DNA of 64,000 bases, taken from the IMG/VR virus record IMGVR_UViG_3300010369_000001; one strand, 5' to 3'. The translations under genes and the position numbers were made by a program. Below, in pieces: positions 36,224-45,813 of this stretch; the first letter of the stretch is position 1, and the number at the start of each line of letters is the position of its first letter. The notes under the pieces are model-generated. The model worked only from the letters and a program-made list of their open reading frames with translations. It did not search any database and was not told where the DNA came from. The DNA comes from a virus. Lineage: Duplodnaviria > Heunggongvirae > Uroviricota > Caudoviricetes.

Positions 36224-37440
36224 TATTTCTTCACCATTGCTTTATAGTATGAGTCCAAAACCTCGTCAGCACTATCGCCACTGATTAAGTCCGTAAGTAA
36301 CTGTTTAGCCTCTATTGTTGCATCAGCCTCATTTATTGCGGTAGAAATTAGTACATCAAGCGTATCAGTTGGCGATCCAAAGAGCTCATTCTCCAGCTCC
36401 TCTACTTCATTTTTGACGGTGTCAATAAACGGAAAACATTTACCTTCGCAGGCCTTTATTAATTGCTCTTTTCTATCTGCATCGTTCTCATAAAGACTAA
36501 AGCGAATTATGGGGCGATCAAAATGAGAGGTCACGGGAGCTTTAATCCAATTACGAATTGTCTTATCAAACTCTACTGGATTTTCAATATTTCGTTCCTC
36601 ATAAGGCCGCCTGTAAAGTGTCTGACTATAAATCTTAGGCTCCCATTCATTTGACCACTCAAGAACAAAGCATTGTCCCGTATTAGTCTCTGCGACGGTT
36701 TGCATAGCTAAGCTGCCGGGAGAGTAACAAGTATTAAGATAGCCTTCTTTATCTATCAGCTCAAAGATTGCATGCTGATGCGTATCGCCACAAACAATAC
36801 AGTCGAATCCGTGCGGAATCATCCCATCATTTAATTCACAGGCGCGAAAATTGAAGAACTCCAGTTTAGCTGCCCGCGCATCACCTGTCCCAGCCATCAC
36901 TGCATTACAGGTCTGATGTAGCATCAGGATATTGTAAGCATTTGGATATTTCTTTTTATCTCGTTTTAATGCCGCACCTATTTCATCTAATCGATCTTGT
37001 AAATGAAGAGAAATACACCAATCCATTGCATAAACATGAATATCCATGCCGCCTAAATCGAGAGTGAAATGATAACGTTCAAAGCGCTCATCTGATTTCC
37101 TAAGCTTATCAAAATTTGCATGTGTACCTTTGGTTAGCTCCATCCAAGGTACGCCGACATCCGAGCGTTCATGCTGTCCTTGAATATAGGCAAATCGAAA
37201 ATTTTTGGAGGCCAATAATTTATTTGCCATAACAACTGCATCAGACGAAGGATTCTTCATGTCGAACAAGTCGCCAGCTCCTAGAATAACATCATAATTT
37301 GGTTTATCATCACCAGTATGCGTAACTATATCCATTAAATGTTTTAATGAATTTAATGCATCTCCGTGTATTTCCGGCCTATTTTTCCAGGCGCTTCTAG
37401 CTATGTGCCAGTCAGCCGTTAAGAATATTCGTCTGCTCAT
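36223..37440 (-). CDS. sbcD: SbcD/Mre11-like nuclease (T4 gp47-like)
   Basis: Calcineurin-like phosphoesterase motifs LTADWH, GDLFD and GQHE; immediately upstream of sbcC. Confidence 0.8.
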   Translation of the reverse strand: MSRRIFLTADWHIARSAWKNRPEIHGDALNSLKHLMDIVTHTGDDKPNYDVILGAGDLFDMKNPSSDAVVMANKLLASKNFRFAYIQGQHERSDVGVPWMELTKGTHANFDKLRKSDERFERYHFTLDLGGMDIHVYAMDWCISLHLQDRLDEIGAALKRDKKKYPNAYNILMLHQTCNAVMAGTGDARAAKLEFFNFRACELNDGMIPHGFDCIVCGDTHQHAIFELIDKEGYLNTCYSPGSLAMQTVAETNTGQCFVLEWSNEWEPKIYSQTLYRRPYEERNIENPVEFDKTIRNWIKAPVTSHFDRPIIRFSLYENDADRKEQLIKACEGKCFPFIDTVKNEVEELENELFGSPTDTLDVLISTAINEADATIEAKQLLTDLISGDSADEVLDSYYKAMVKK

Positions 37441-37772
37441 TTTATTGTCATTTTATTAACGGGCATTGCGACGTCGGGAAAATTACTAAAGTATTTAAAT
37501 ACATCTTCTTTAAGTGTATCTGCCCTACTAGCGGTTATCTGCCCTGAATCCTGATTAAAAATCACAAGATTAAGATCATGCGGCACTTCATAGTGTTTTA
37601 CAATACCGTTATTATCAATTAAGACAATCACAGTCTCATCCATATCAATAAAATTTAATTCTTGCCCGTTTCTAAGTGCTGTCCCCATCCTGTAACCTCT
37701 CCATTTCTTCAATTGCCCCGTCCAGTTTTTCTGCCAACATTTCTTTTGAGACAAGCCCTTGAAACATTTCAA
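37437..37772 (-). CDS. hypothetical protein
   Basis: 111-aa ORF. Confidence 0.45.
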   Translation of the reverse strand: MKCFKGLSQKKCWQKNWTGQLKKWRGYRMGTALRNGQELNFIDMDETVIVLIDNNGIVKHYEVPHDLNLVIFNQDSGQITASRADTLKEDVFKYFSNFPDVAMPVNKMTIK

Positions 37773-38019
37773 ATGTTGAGCCCATACAATTAATTGTCAA
37801 AAAAGGCACTGAGCTAATAGGGAAATTTCCAAGATATTCATCTGCCCTCATCGAACCGAAAATAGCTCTATTTTTATAATCTTCGGACAGCTCCTCTAAT
37901 ATCGTCTTCAAATGTATGCACGGAATGCATTTTGGCATTGTAAAGAGAACAATTACTGGAACTTTTTTAGTATTTAAATTCGCTTTCATTTGGTCATACG
38001 ACCATGCTGATACCGTCAT
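37672..38019 (-). CDS. thioredoxin/glutaredoxin-like protein (CxxC)
   Basis: LFTMPKCIPCIHLK has a CIPC redox motif in a thioredoxin-fold-like context. Confidence 0.45.
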   Translation of the reverse strand: MTVSAWSYDQMKANLNTKKVPVIVLFTMPKCIPCIHLKTILEELSEDYKNRAIFGSMRADEYLGNFPISSVPFLTINCMGSTFEMFQGLVSKEMLAEKLDGAIEEMERLQDGDST

Positions 38020-38051
38020 ATTTCATTTTGGTAAAGGCGCGACCTTGCGCA

Positions 38052-38198
38052 AAGTTTTTAATTTGTTTTTATGTATGGTAAACTGCACAGTACTACTAGT
38101 CCAGCTGTAATAAACCCCATAACATAATACCCGGATATGATTGCTAGCGTTACCACAATTATGGTCGCTCCTATAATGTCGCTTCTAGTATTTTTCAT
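38052..38198 (-). CDS. possible 48-aa hydrophobic peptide (below the ORF-track cutoff)
   Basis: My own minus-strand translation: MKNTRSDIIGATIIVVTLAIISGYYVMGFITAGLVVLCSLPYIKTN. Confidence 0.2.
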
Positions 38199-38259
38199 AA
38201 AATGTGATTATATAAAAAGGTTATAAGAGGGCAGCTAACTAGCTACCCTCTTGAAATAC

Positions 38260-39120
38260 TTATGTCGCAATAAATGCAGCGTCGTGATGCCACGGGGATT
38301 TCCAGGCGTCAATGCCAATGCTATTATGGGCAGCGCTGATGGCTTGGATAGTTGCCATCACTGCCCGAGAGCTAGCACCAGTTGGTGACAATGCTACGCG
38401 CTGTGATGGATGATCATCATCAAAATAGACAATTCCCGCACGATAAGGCGCATTCGTTTCAACCAGAATAAGGTACATCTTGCTATCGACCAAACCAAGC
38501 TTGGAAAATACCAAACGATTGAAAGATAGCTTGAATATGGCCTCATTAACCAAAGAATCTAGTCCAGAACGACTATCTCGATCAAGAGTTGGAGTGCAGA
38601 CTAGTTGGCAGACACAACCACCGGCTGAAATATAGTCAACATGCGCATAGCAATTATTATTGTCAATGTTAGCTGTCCCGTGAATACTAAATTGCCCGCC
38701 TGGTTTCACCAAATGGGCTAAAGTCGTAGAAAATCCTCCGTCGACCTGCTGCTTAAGCCCCGCATAAATAGCTTTTGCTTTCTCTATGTGGTCTTTATGA
38801 ACCGGCGTAAGACCTTGTGCCCTAGCACCTCTCGCCCAATCCTCATATTTCTGGGTATCAGCCCCAAAAGGTTTATGAGTCTTCGGATTTATAGGTGAAC
38901 TACCATCTAGCTTAAGTGTGGCATCCTCGCCACCAAAGAACAAACCTTTAAGAATCATTTCAACCGGATGTTTAATTACCGGCGGTTTCTCGTAGACTTC
39001 CTTGATATATGTCCAATAAAAGGTATAAGGACATTTATAAAAAGCTAGAACAGAATTAGCGTTGAGATGATAATTAGGATATTGAATATCCGACGTAAAA
39101 TCAATTGTTTCAAATGCCAT
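38260..39120 (-). CDS. hypothetical protein, possible PD-(D/E)xK-type nuclease
   Basis: GLVDSKMYLILVETNAPY loosely resembles RecB/Cas4-like motifs II and III plus QxxxY. This is weak. Confidence 0.35.
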   Translation of the reverse strand: MAFETIDFTSDIQYPNYHLNANSVLAFYKCPYTFYWTYIKEVYEKPPVIKHPVEMILKGLFFGGEDATLKLDGSSPINPKTHKPFGADTQKYEDWARGARAQGLTPVHKDHIEKAKAIYAGLKQQVDGGFSTTLAHLVKPGGQFSIHGTANIDNNNCYAHVDYISAGGCVCQLVCTPTLDRDSRSGLDSLVNEAIFKLSFNRLVFSKLGLVDSKMYLILVETNAPYRAGIVYFDDDHPSQRVALSPTGASSRAVMATIQAISAAHNSIGIDAWKSPWHHDAAFIAT

Positions 39121-39512
39121 TAATGAGTTGCTCGAAGCCTATTGGTTAGCTGGGTCTTTGCATTAGCTTCCTTGCGAACAGCATTGCAACACGGACACCG
39201 GCGTTGAGTTACTTTATATAGCAGCCACTTACAGCCTGAATAGGTGCGAGAAAATTGATCAATGTCAGTTTCATTAACATCATCATCTTCTGCGCCCATG
39301 TCAAGAAGCTGACCTGCAAACCAGTTGAAATATCGCATACGCCCTTCATTCTGGTTGAGTAATAATTTAGCTTCACAGTATAGTCCTGTGCCCACTAAAT
39401 AATCTAATAATTCATCCGTTGTAACATAAACTTCTTCAATAGTTTCATTACCCACGTCGGTAGCAGAAATTCCTTTTTCGCACGCTGTGGTGCTATTTTT
39501 TTTGTTTGTCAT
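39120..39512 (-). CDS. hypothetical protein
   Basis: 130-aa ORF. Confidence 0.45.
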   Translation of the reverse strand: MTNKKNSTTACEKGISATDVGNETIEEVYVTTDELLDYLVGTGLYCEAKLLLNQNEGRMRYFNWFAGQLLDMGAEDDDVNETDIDQFSRTYSGCKWLLYKVTQRRCPCCNAVRKEANAKTQLTNRLRATH

Positions 39513-39961
39513 CTTCTACGAAAAAGTCCGCGTCTTACTTGTTGCGGCGTACCGGAGTAAGATAATCCAGTATTGCCCCTAAACGTCCAATATGTTTCTC
39601 CGTTTTTCTCAGCCGCACCTAAGCCTGCACTAGTCAAAGTCGGACTTAATAATAATCGTCGGTGCCCAGGAGAATCTCTCCACTGCTCAAATACTCGTAG
39701 CGCGCTAGCAACTCCCTTAAGTGTATTTGTTGCAATATTCTCACGATAATGACAGCCGTGCCTAAAGCCTGTTTTTGTCATAGTATTTGACCAGCTGCTG
39801 GCATCGAAAGTTAGACATTCATCGTATTCTAGTTTCGGTAGATTATTTGCGGTACGAAAAGCATTGATTTGTTCAAACGCAATCAATTCTATTTCTTCAG
39901 CTAAAACAGCAGTCGAAAGAATGAATACTGGAACAACAAGAATAGCTCTGAGTCTTTTCAT
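39509..39961 (-). CDS. secreted CAP/SCP (PR-1-like) domain protein with Sec signal peptide
   Basis: Signal peptide MKRLRAILVVPVFILSTAVLA. CAP motifs: INAFRTANNLPKLEYDECL, GFRHG, ENIA and WRDSPGHRRLLL. Confidence 0.6.
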   Translation of the reverse strand: MKRLRAILVVPVFILSTAVLAEEIELIAFEQINAFRTANNLPKLEYDECLTFDASSWSNTMTKTGFRHGCHYRENIATNTLKGVASALRVFEQWRDSPGHRRLLLSPTLTSAGLGAAEKNGETYWTFRGNTGLSYSGTPQQVRRGLFRRR

Positions 39962-40033
39962 TTTTATTTAAGTTGAATGCAAAGAGGGGCCAGGAAAATT
40001 CCCAGCCCCTCAATCAAATGTTTCTAAATATGT

Positions 40034-41050
40034 TTAGACCGCCTCAATTTCTGACCCACATGCCGGGCAGAAAGAAATGCACCCAATTGAGTCTTCAACA
40101 GCCCGAACGCTTTCTTCCCAGCAACAATTACTGCATACGTAATTCTCAAACTCTAGTTCATCATCGTCACAGTCTTCATACTCATCATAGTCACAGTCTT
40201 CGTCACAATCATCCACCGGCGCTACATATTTAGCTCGGCAGCGGCGATATTTGGAATCTCCGTAAAGGTCAGCAAAGAAATTCTCAGTCTTATATCTAAG
40301 ACCTTCAGTGCTATACACAATGTCAATATTGAGTAATCCGTCAACCTCGCCCACAACTGTATACTCGCTACAGCGTAGCTTTGCATGGTTATAATCATTA
40401 GGTACGGAAACAACGTGAGCTGGGTTGACTTTCACGAGCACATATTTGGAATCGGCCCGCCCGAAGTCCTGAGCATACGCATAAGTACCGACGTGAAGTC
40501 CAGCGGAGCATGCAATTTTCGGATCGAAAGTGACATCTTTACGTGGCATGACAACACGCTTACCGACGCTGTTATCCATAGTGCCGGAATGCAGGTCGAG
40601 GAAGTCGGGTCGAACGGCTTTATAACCTAAGAAGCAACCATCTTCGGTAAGCGGGAAATTCCCGTGCTTCAAGAACGAGCCTAGCTGCTTGATTGATTCC
40701 CAGTGCGGATTCAAGAACATATTGTCAAGAAACAGCTTAAGCGCATCACACGAAGTGTTGTAGCTGTTAATAACAGCCACAAGAACTGGGTCATCAATAG
40801 TGCGCCCACGATATTCAACCGACTCTTTAGTGCGGGTAAGCATTTCTTGATTATCGTATGTCTCAGTTGCCGCAAATCGGACTTCAAAAGCCTTATAAAT
40901 CCGCAAAAACTCGTCAGCCTCGCCATCCATCGCGGCTTGCTTTAATTCATTATAATTTGGATGCTTATTGGAAACCTGAAAGAATTCATCTCCAACATAA
41001 GCGTTAATATTACCGGCGGCGTTAATGTGAACTGTAAAGTTAGTCTTCAT
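40034..41050 (-). CDS. hypothetical protein with acidic Cys-rich C-terminus
   Basis: DDCDEDCDYDEYEDCDDDELEFENYVCSNCCWEE...CPACGSE. Confidence 0.5.
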   Translation of the reverse strand: MKTNFTVHINAAGNINAYVGDEFFQVSNKHPNYNELKQAAMDGEADEFLRIYKAFEVRFAATETYDNQEMLTRTKESVEYRGRTIDDPVLVAVINSYNTSCDALKLFLDNMFLNPHWESIKQLGSFLKHGNFPLTEDGCFLGYKAVRPDFLDLHSGTMDNSVGKRVVMPRKDVTFDPKIACSAGLHVGTYAYAQDFGRADSKYVLVKVNPAHVVSVPNDYNHAKLRCSEYTVVGEVDGLLNIDIVYSTEGLRYKTENFFADLYGDSKYRRCRAKYVAPVDDCDEDCDYDEYEDCDDDELEFENYVCSNCCWEESVRAVEDSIGCISFCPACGSEIEAV

Positions 41051-43487
41051 CGTAATCTTCTCTCTCTTCTTCTGTAGGTATGTTTACTAATGTTTTTGCA
41101 CAGGCTAAATTATGTCGACCTTGCAAAATTGTTGCGTTAAATATTAATTGATCTTGACTTTTAAATAGATACGGATGTGTCCGTAAAAGCGACCTTACTT
41201 CTTCATTGAACCTGTCAATCCATGGCCGGTATATTTCGACAAATTTACTAACCGGAAACATCCACCTGGTTAGTACATTATATTGGTCTACTATTAGCGT
41301 AGCTTCATCACTGCGTTTACCGCTGTAATATTTTGTGTGACAGCTGTTAATCGGACTGTCGTAGAACGTGTCCACTTTATTCCACCTATGTGTCACCATA
41401 GTGTCCATTATACGAGAAATAAACGGATAGGTGACATAGTCACCTAACCAAATTTGACGCTGCTGGCGCATCCAAGAAAACATTAATGCAGCTTCTCGTG
41501 TAAATGGGTCACTTATTCTATGCCTGGCATAACTATTAGCGCGACAATCATTATATCGATGATTGCCTGAATCCTCATAAAACCTGTAGTCTGTCATCAT
41601 GTAGGCCATAAAGCCCATCCAATTATCAACAAATTTCTTCTCAAGCGCTTTAGTCCAGGCCGGCAATAATTCTGTTAATTGCTTGTCATAATTTTTGACA
41701 AATCGTGGCCGAATAAAACAAATCCGCTGAGCAATATCTTTATGATTTTTTAGTCCTAAAGCACTAGCAATTTTCTCAAAAGAAGTATCAGTTAACTTAT
41801 TATCAATTTCACGAATAGAATCACTCCATTTTCTAACCTTACAAGAACCGTTAAAGAATTCTGTTATGTTAAATGTATTTTCTTCCTCAAACGGAATATA
41901 ATACTCAAATGGTGAAATATCTTCAATGCGGATAAAATTGTGTTTAAACTCAAATATGCCCGTGACTCTAGGCGCGGCAGGTAAACTGGATACCGGGGCG
42001 GCTGAAGTGCTGCGAGCTTTCTTTGGGACTGTTTTAAGGAAATTACTAAGCGTATCAGTTTTAACCGGTACTTTTTGCTTAATTAATTCATCTTCAAGAA
42101 GCTTGATGTCAGCTGCATTAGTTTTACTATCATATCTACCAATTATGACGGTGTTAGCTGGAAAATGCTCAGCTGCCGTTTTAACGCCCTTAGCGTCGTA
42201 AGAAACAAGATTAACTGGTGTTGTCGGTGTGACATTTTTAGCGGCTATAATTGCCCCGCCAAATTTACCCATACCTCGCTGACCAGTATTTTTACCTATG
42301 ATGGCATTTCCAGTACCTATTGAACTAGTATAGCACGCCTGTACTTCAATTGCACTTGATTGAATCCAGAGCGATTGTTGCGAAAAAGAAATACGATAAC
42401 TTAGGGCATCGTCAAGAATGTGATGCGTTGTGTGAAAGTTATGTATATCGTTGGCTACTTTAGCTACATATGAGTCGTCGTACTTGTTATATGCGGCATA
42501 AACTTCCCACTGCCCCAGGCCTTTAATCTCTGCGTTAAATCGTTCAGCAATCCGTTTCTTAGCTAGCGCGTGCATTCCTTTGAATTTCTTAATATCGTCG
42601 TCTGACCAGGTCAAACTTTCACGAGACGGAGTCGGCTCAAACGTATCAATTTCAACAAAGAAATCAATTGCACTATCGAAATCATGAGCTAGAGAATTTA
42701 ATAGGGGGTAACGATTGCAACCCATGATAATATAAGATTTTCGATCTTGACTCCCGTAATATGATGAGAAATTTTTAGCTCGCCGAGCTTTCCACTTGAA
42801 AATCTTTTCGTCACCCTCCATCACATATTCTGGTTTCTCAATTTCTGGAACCGTCGTTCCGACAAAATTAATTGGCACGTCAAAATATGGGTAGGCTTCT
42901 TTAGCTGCTTCCATAAACTTTGACACATCTTTAGGGTCAATCGCAAACTGAACCTTTAAGCCATTAGGTTCGTCAGTTTTAACTGGATTGCCGTCAAATA
43001 ACAGCTCAGGAATTTCTTCATCGTTCAATGCCACAATATATTGTGAACGCATCCCATTATAGAAAGACGTAACACCAAATGAATTTACATAGGAAAGCGG
43101 AGATTTAGAACCTAGTCCGAATTTACCGGTACATTGATTGGTCTCTCTTTTAGTAGACGCACCATAAGTCTGATACACCGTTTCAATTGTCTCTGTGGAC
43201 ATTCCGGTACCATAGTCCCGAATGTAGAAGATTGGCGTATCTGTACGAGGCAAATGAATATCAAAAGCTTTATCTTTAGTGCCCGCTTCTGCCTGCGCAT
43301 CCTTTGCATTTGTTGAAAGTTCCCTAATAATTGCTAATACTTGATTCGAGTATAGCCCAGCACTAAACATTCTAAAGGTCTCAGCCCCAATAGCTATTTG
43401 GAACGTGCCCTTACTCTTAAAGTAATTTACATTATGATTTTCTGTCATATTTTTCCTTGCGTCAGGTAATTTTATACGTCTCGACAT
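41040..43487 (-). CDS. GHKL-family ATPase (Hsp90/MORC/HATPase_c_3-like N-terminal domain), 815 aa
   Basis: N-box IIRELSTNAKDA (E..N..DA), G1 box IRDYGTGMS (D.G.GM) and G2 box GKFGLGSKS in order, within the first ~130 aa. Confidence 0.6.
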   Translation of the reverse strand: MSRRIKLPDARKNMTENHNVNYFKSKGTFQIAIGAETFRMFSAGLYSNQVLAIIRELSTNAKDAQAEAGTKDKAFDIHLPRTDTPIFYIRDYGTGMSTETIETVYQTYGASTKRETNQCTGKFGLGSKSPLSYVNSFGVTSFYNGMRSQYIVALNDEEIPELLFDGNPVKTDEPNGLKVQFAIDPKDVSKFMEAAKEAYPYFDVPINFVGTTVPEIEKPEYVMEGDEKIFKWKARRAKNFSSYYGSQDRKSYIIMGCNRYPLLNSLAHDFDSAIDFFVEIDTFEPTPSRESLTWSDDDIKKFKGMHALAKKRIAERFNAEIKGLGQWEVYAAYNKYDDSYVAKVANDIHNFHTTHHILDDALSYRISFSQQSLWIQSSAIEVQACYTSSIGTGNAIIGKNTGQRGMGKFGGAIIAAKNVTPTTPVNLVSYDAKGVKTAAEHFPANTVIIGRYDSKTNAADIKLLEDELIKQKVPVKTDTLSNFLKTVPKKARSTSAAPVSSLPAAPRVTGIFEFKHNFIRIEDISPFEYYIPFEEENTFNITEFFNGSCKVRKWSDSIREIDNKLTDTSFEKIASALGLKNHKDIAQRICFIRPRFVKNYDKQLTELLPAWTKALEKKFVDNWMGFMAYMMTDYRFYEDSGNHRYNDCRANSYARHRISDPFTREAALMFSWMRQQRQIWLGDYVTYPFISRIMDTMVTHRWNKVDTFYDSPINSCHTKYYSGKRSDEATLIVDQYNVLTRWMFPVSKFVEIYRPWIDRFNEEVRSLLRTHPYLFKSQDQLIFNATILQGRHNLACAKTLVNIPTEEEREDYDED

Positions 43488-43548
43488 CAGTTAAATTTCA
43501 AAGTTGTTTTAGGGTTTCGGGGGCCAGGGCCCCCAAAAAAGAAGATGT

Positions 43549-44148
43549 TTAAGATCCAATATAGGTAGCGAGATCAACAGCTAACACGTCACAGCATGCC
43601 CCATTGCGCGGATCGAAAATTTGAAGTGTCTTGCCGTCAGGATAACGTCGAATTTCCCGACGACCAGTAGACGTCTCAATCCAGCCCGCATGTACTGCCT
43701 TAGGTTTTGGAGCTGGGACAATTTCATACGCATAAATGTGGTCATAGCTGGCTCGCATCTCAGGGTACATGCCCACTGCGCTGAACGCATCATTAGCGCC
43801 CTCTTTATCAAGATCCCAGCGCCTACCTTGACAGCACGCTTCTTCGCCAACGGTGATAAGATAACGACTTAAACAGATTTGACGGAGCGGTTTTTCAGCG
43901 TACATGCGAATCTTGCCACAATCATTAACTGCATCACTAATTAAATAAGCGCCGCGGCATCCATTAGCCGGGTTAGTAAACAAGATGTTAGCTCTAAGAA
44001 GCTCACGATCCCGACAAGGAACAGTGGTGTCCTCGATTTCACAAGTATAAATTTTTGTATAGTCTTGAATTTTTACAGGATTACTAATCATTTTTGAATG
44101 CTTTAATAAAATTAATTGTTGTTTTTGTCGATTCAGGTAATAACTCAA
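43549..44148 (-). CDS. hypothetical protein
   Basis: 199-aa ORF; probable real start at the internal Met (MISNPV..). Confidence 0.45.
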   Translation of the reverse strand: MSYYLNRQKQQLILLKHSKMISNPVKIQDYTKIYTCEIEDTTVPCRDRELLRANILFTNPANGCRGAYLISDAVNDCGKIRMYAEKPLRQICLSRYLITVGEEACCQGRRWDLDKEGANDAFSAVGMYPEMRASYDHIYAYEIVPAPKPKAVHAGWIETSTGRREIRRYPDGKTLQIFDPRNGACCDVLAVDLATYIGS

Positions 44149-44740
44149 ACTGCTCGACAGTACAGTTATTCGTTAACCAGGCGAACATTGCGCCTATCAC
44201 TTTACTTCTTGGCTCTGCATGTACGATTCTAATTATGCTGTGAACTGGCATGTAATGATAGTCATAGCTATCTAATAGCTCATTACATAAGCTTTCATCG
44301 TCCCCTTCATGCCGCTGAAAGAGCCATTTATCTACATGTGTTCTAAATCTATTTGTTACTGTATGCCGTATCCAGGCAATCGAACAAAGTATTTTCAAAG
44401 ACACTAGCGGTCTTGCACACTTAGGCTCATCTATAACAGCTGAAAAATCCTCAAACTCAACAGCATGAGGAAATATTGTGTCTTTAGTGTATGCGTACGC
44501 AAGACACCAAAGCTTCAAATGTGTTCCTACCTCTTCATGAATTAACCGCAATAAAACATGCTTATTAGCGCAAAAAAGCAGCTCACACAGTTTTTCATAG
44601 CTATGCGGATGTCTCACATAGCCCGTATCATTAAAGAGAAGATTAGAGTGCTTAAAATCTAATAATTTAAGATATATTGATTCTTGGTCTAAAGGTTTGC
44701 TGTTGTAGGCGAATGCCTGAGCAGGTAGTCTTGGCCCCAT
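44084..44740 (-). CDS. hypothetical protein
   Basis: 218-aa ORF. Confidence 0.45.
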   Translation of the reverse strand: MGPRLPAQAFAYNSKPLDQESIYLKLLDFKHSNLLFNDTGYVRHPHSYEKLCELLFCANKHVLLRLIHEEVGTHLKLWCLAYAYTKDTIFPHAVEFEDFSAVIDEPKCARPLVSLKILCSIAWIRHTVTNRFRTHVDKWLFQRHEGDDESLCNELLDSYDYHYMPVHSIIRIVHAEPRSKVIGAMFAWLTNNCTVEQFELLPESTKTTINFIKAFKND

Positions 44741-44742
44741 AT

Positions 44743-45813
44743 TTAAATTTTTGAAAAATCCAATTCAACGTTTTGTTCGTTTGCAGATTGAAAAAGCAAT
44801 TGTTTGAAAAGATCTCGAGATATGCCGCCAGGGTCAGTATTAGAGGGCAGGTAAAAAGGCATCACTTTTGTATACTGTCGACGTATTTTGTCCGCAGTTA
44901 CTTCAATGTGGTGCTTACTCTGTCTATCAGCTAGGGCTTTATCTGGATCTAATGCTATTACTATTAAAATATTATTACGCGAAACATGCGATATAAGTCT
45001 ATCGAGATTATACGGGCTGATGGATTTACCCATTAAGCCAATAGCTGGTGGTCCGATATTTATGCAATCAAAAGCGCCTTCAACAAGAATAACTGTTTTA
45101 TATTGTTTGGCGCTATCGTAATTGAATAAATATCTTTCAGTTTTCGAGCCGGGCATATTGTAGTATTTAGGTATTTTTTGCCCTTGCTCATTAACAAACT
45201 CCCTTTTATATGGAAGTCTAGCCATCCAGCTAATCTCTTTCTTATTTTCAATTACTGGGATAATTATTCGCGAGCGTGCTGTGCTGAGGTCGGAATAGTC
45301 ACACCACTTCACACCATAAGAGTGACTTAGGATGTTTATATCAAAATTTCTTTCATTACGGAGATATTGAATTGCAATATGGCCAGGATTTAGCTTATGT
45401 AGCGGTACACAAAATCCTGGAGCGACATATTCGCCAGCTACTCTAGTTGTACCTTGCTTCAAAAAAGCCTTAAGAACAGGTCGTCCAAATAGGACTTCAA
45501 AGAAAAGAATAGACTTTCGTTCAGGCACGTGTGCAAAACAGCTTTCATTATAGCAATTCACTAGATTCAAATTAGTGTGGCCAGTCAATGTGTCTGTAAC
45601 ACCCCATTCATAAGAGATATAAAGGCGCTGTCTTGTATCATTACAGTAGGGACAATTAACGCGAAAATTTTGTCCGCGTGAAATCAATTCACGTTCCTTT
45701 ATACGGCCGTTATAGGTTATACGCCATTCATTTTTAATGCCTTCATTTGCAATTTGAACATGACCGTTAAATTTACGTTTAAGAGCCGCACATAATTGTG
45801 GATTAAGATCCAT
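44743..45813 (-). CDS. DNA primase (zinc-ribbon + TOPRIM; DnaG/T7 gp4-like)
   Basis: Zinc ribbon NCPYCND...CYNESC; TOPRIM VILVEGAFDCINIG (Glu) and IVIALDPD (DxD). Confidence 0.8.
   Translation of the reverse strand: MDLNPQLCAALKRKFNGHVQIANEGIKNEWRITYNGRIKERELISRGQNFRVNCPYCNDTRQRLYISYEWGVTDTLTGHTNLNLVNCYNESCFAHVPERKSILFFEVLFGRPVLKAFLKQGTTRVAGEYVAPGFCVPLHKLNPGHIAIQYLRNERNFDINILSHSYGVKWCDYSDLSTARSRIIIPVIENKKEISWMARLPYKREFVNEQGQKIPKYYNMPGSKTERYLFNYDSAKQYKTVILVEGAFDCINIGPPAIGLMGKSISPYNLDRLISHVSRNNILIVIALDPDKALADRQSKHHIEVTADKIRRQYTKVMPFYLPSNTDPGGISRDLFKQLLFQSANEQNVELDFSKI

Noticed and set aside
43500-43548. GC palindrome GGGGGCCAGGGCCCCC as a rho-independent terminator
   Set aside because: On the minus (coding) strand the U-run precedes rather than follows the hairpin. 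On the plus strand it is followed by an A-run. I kept it only as a structured intergenic element.
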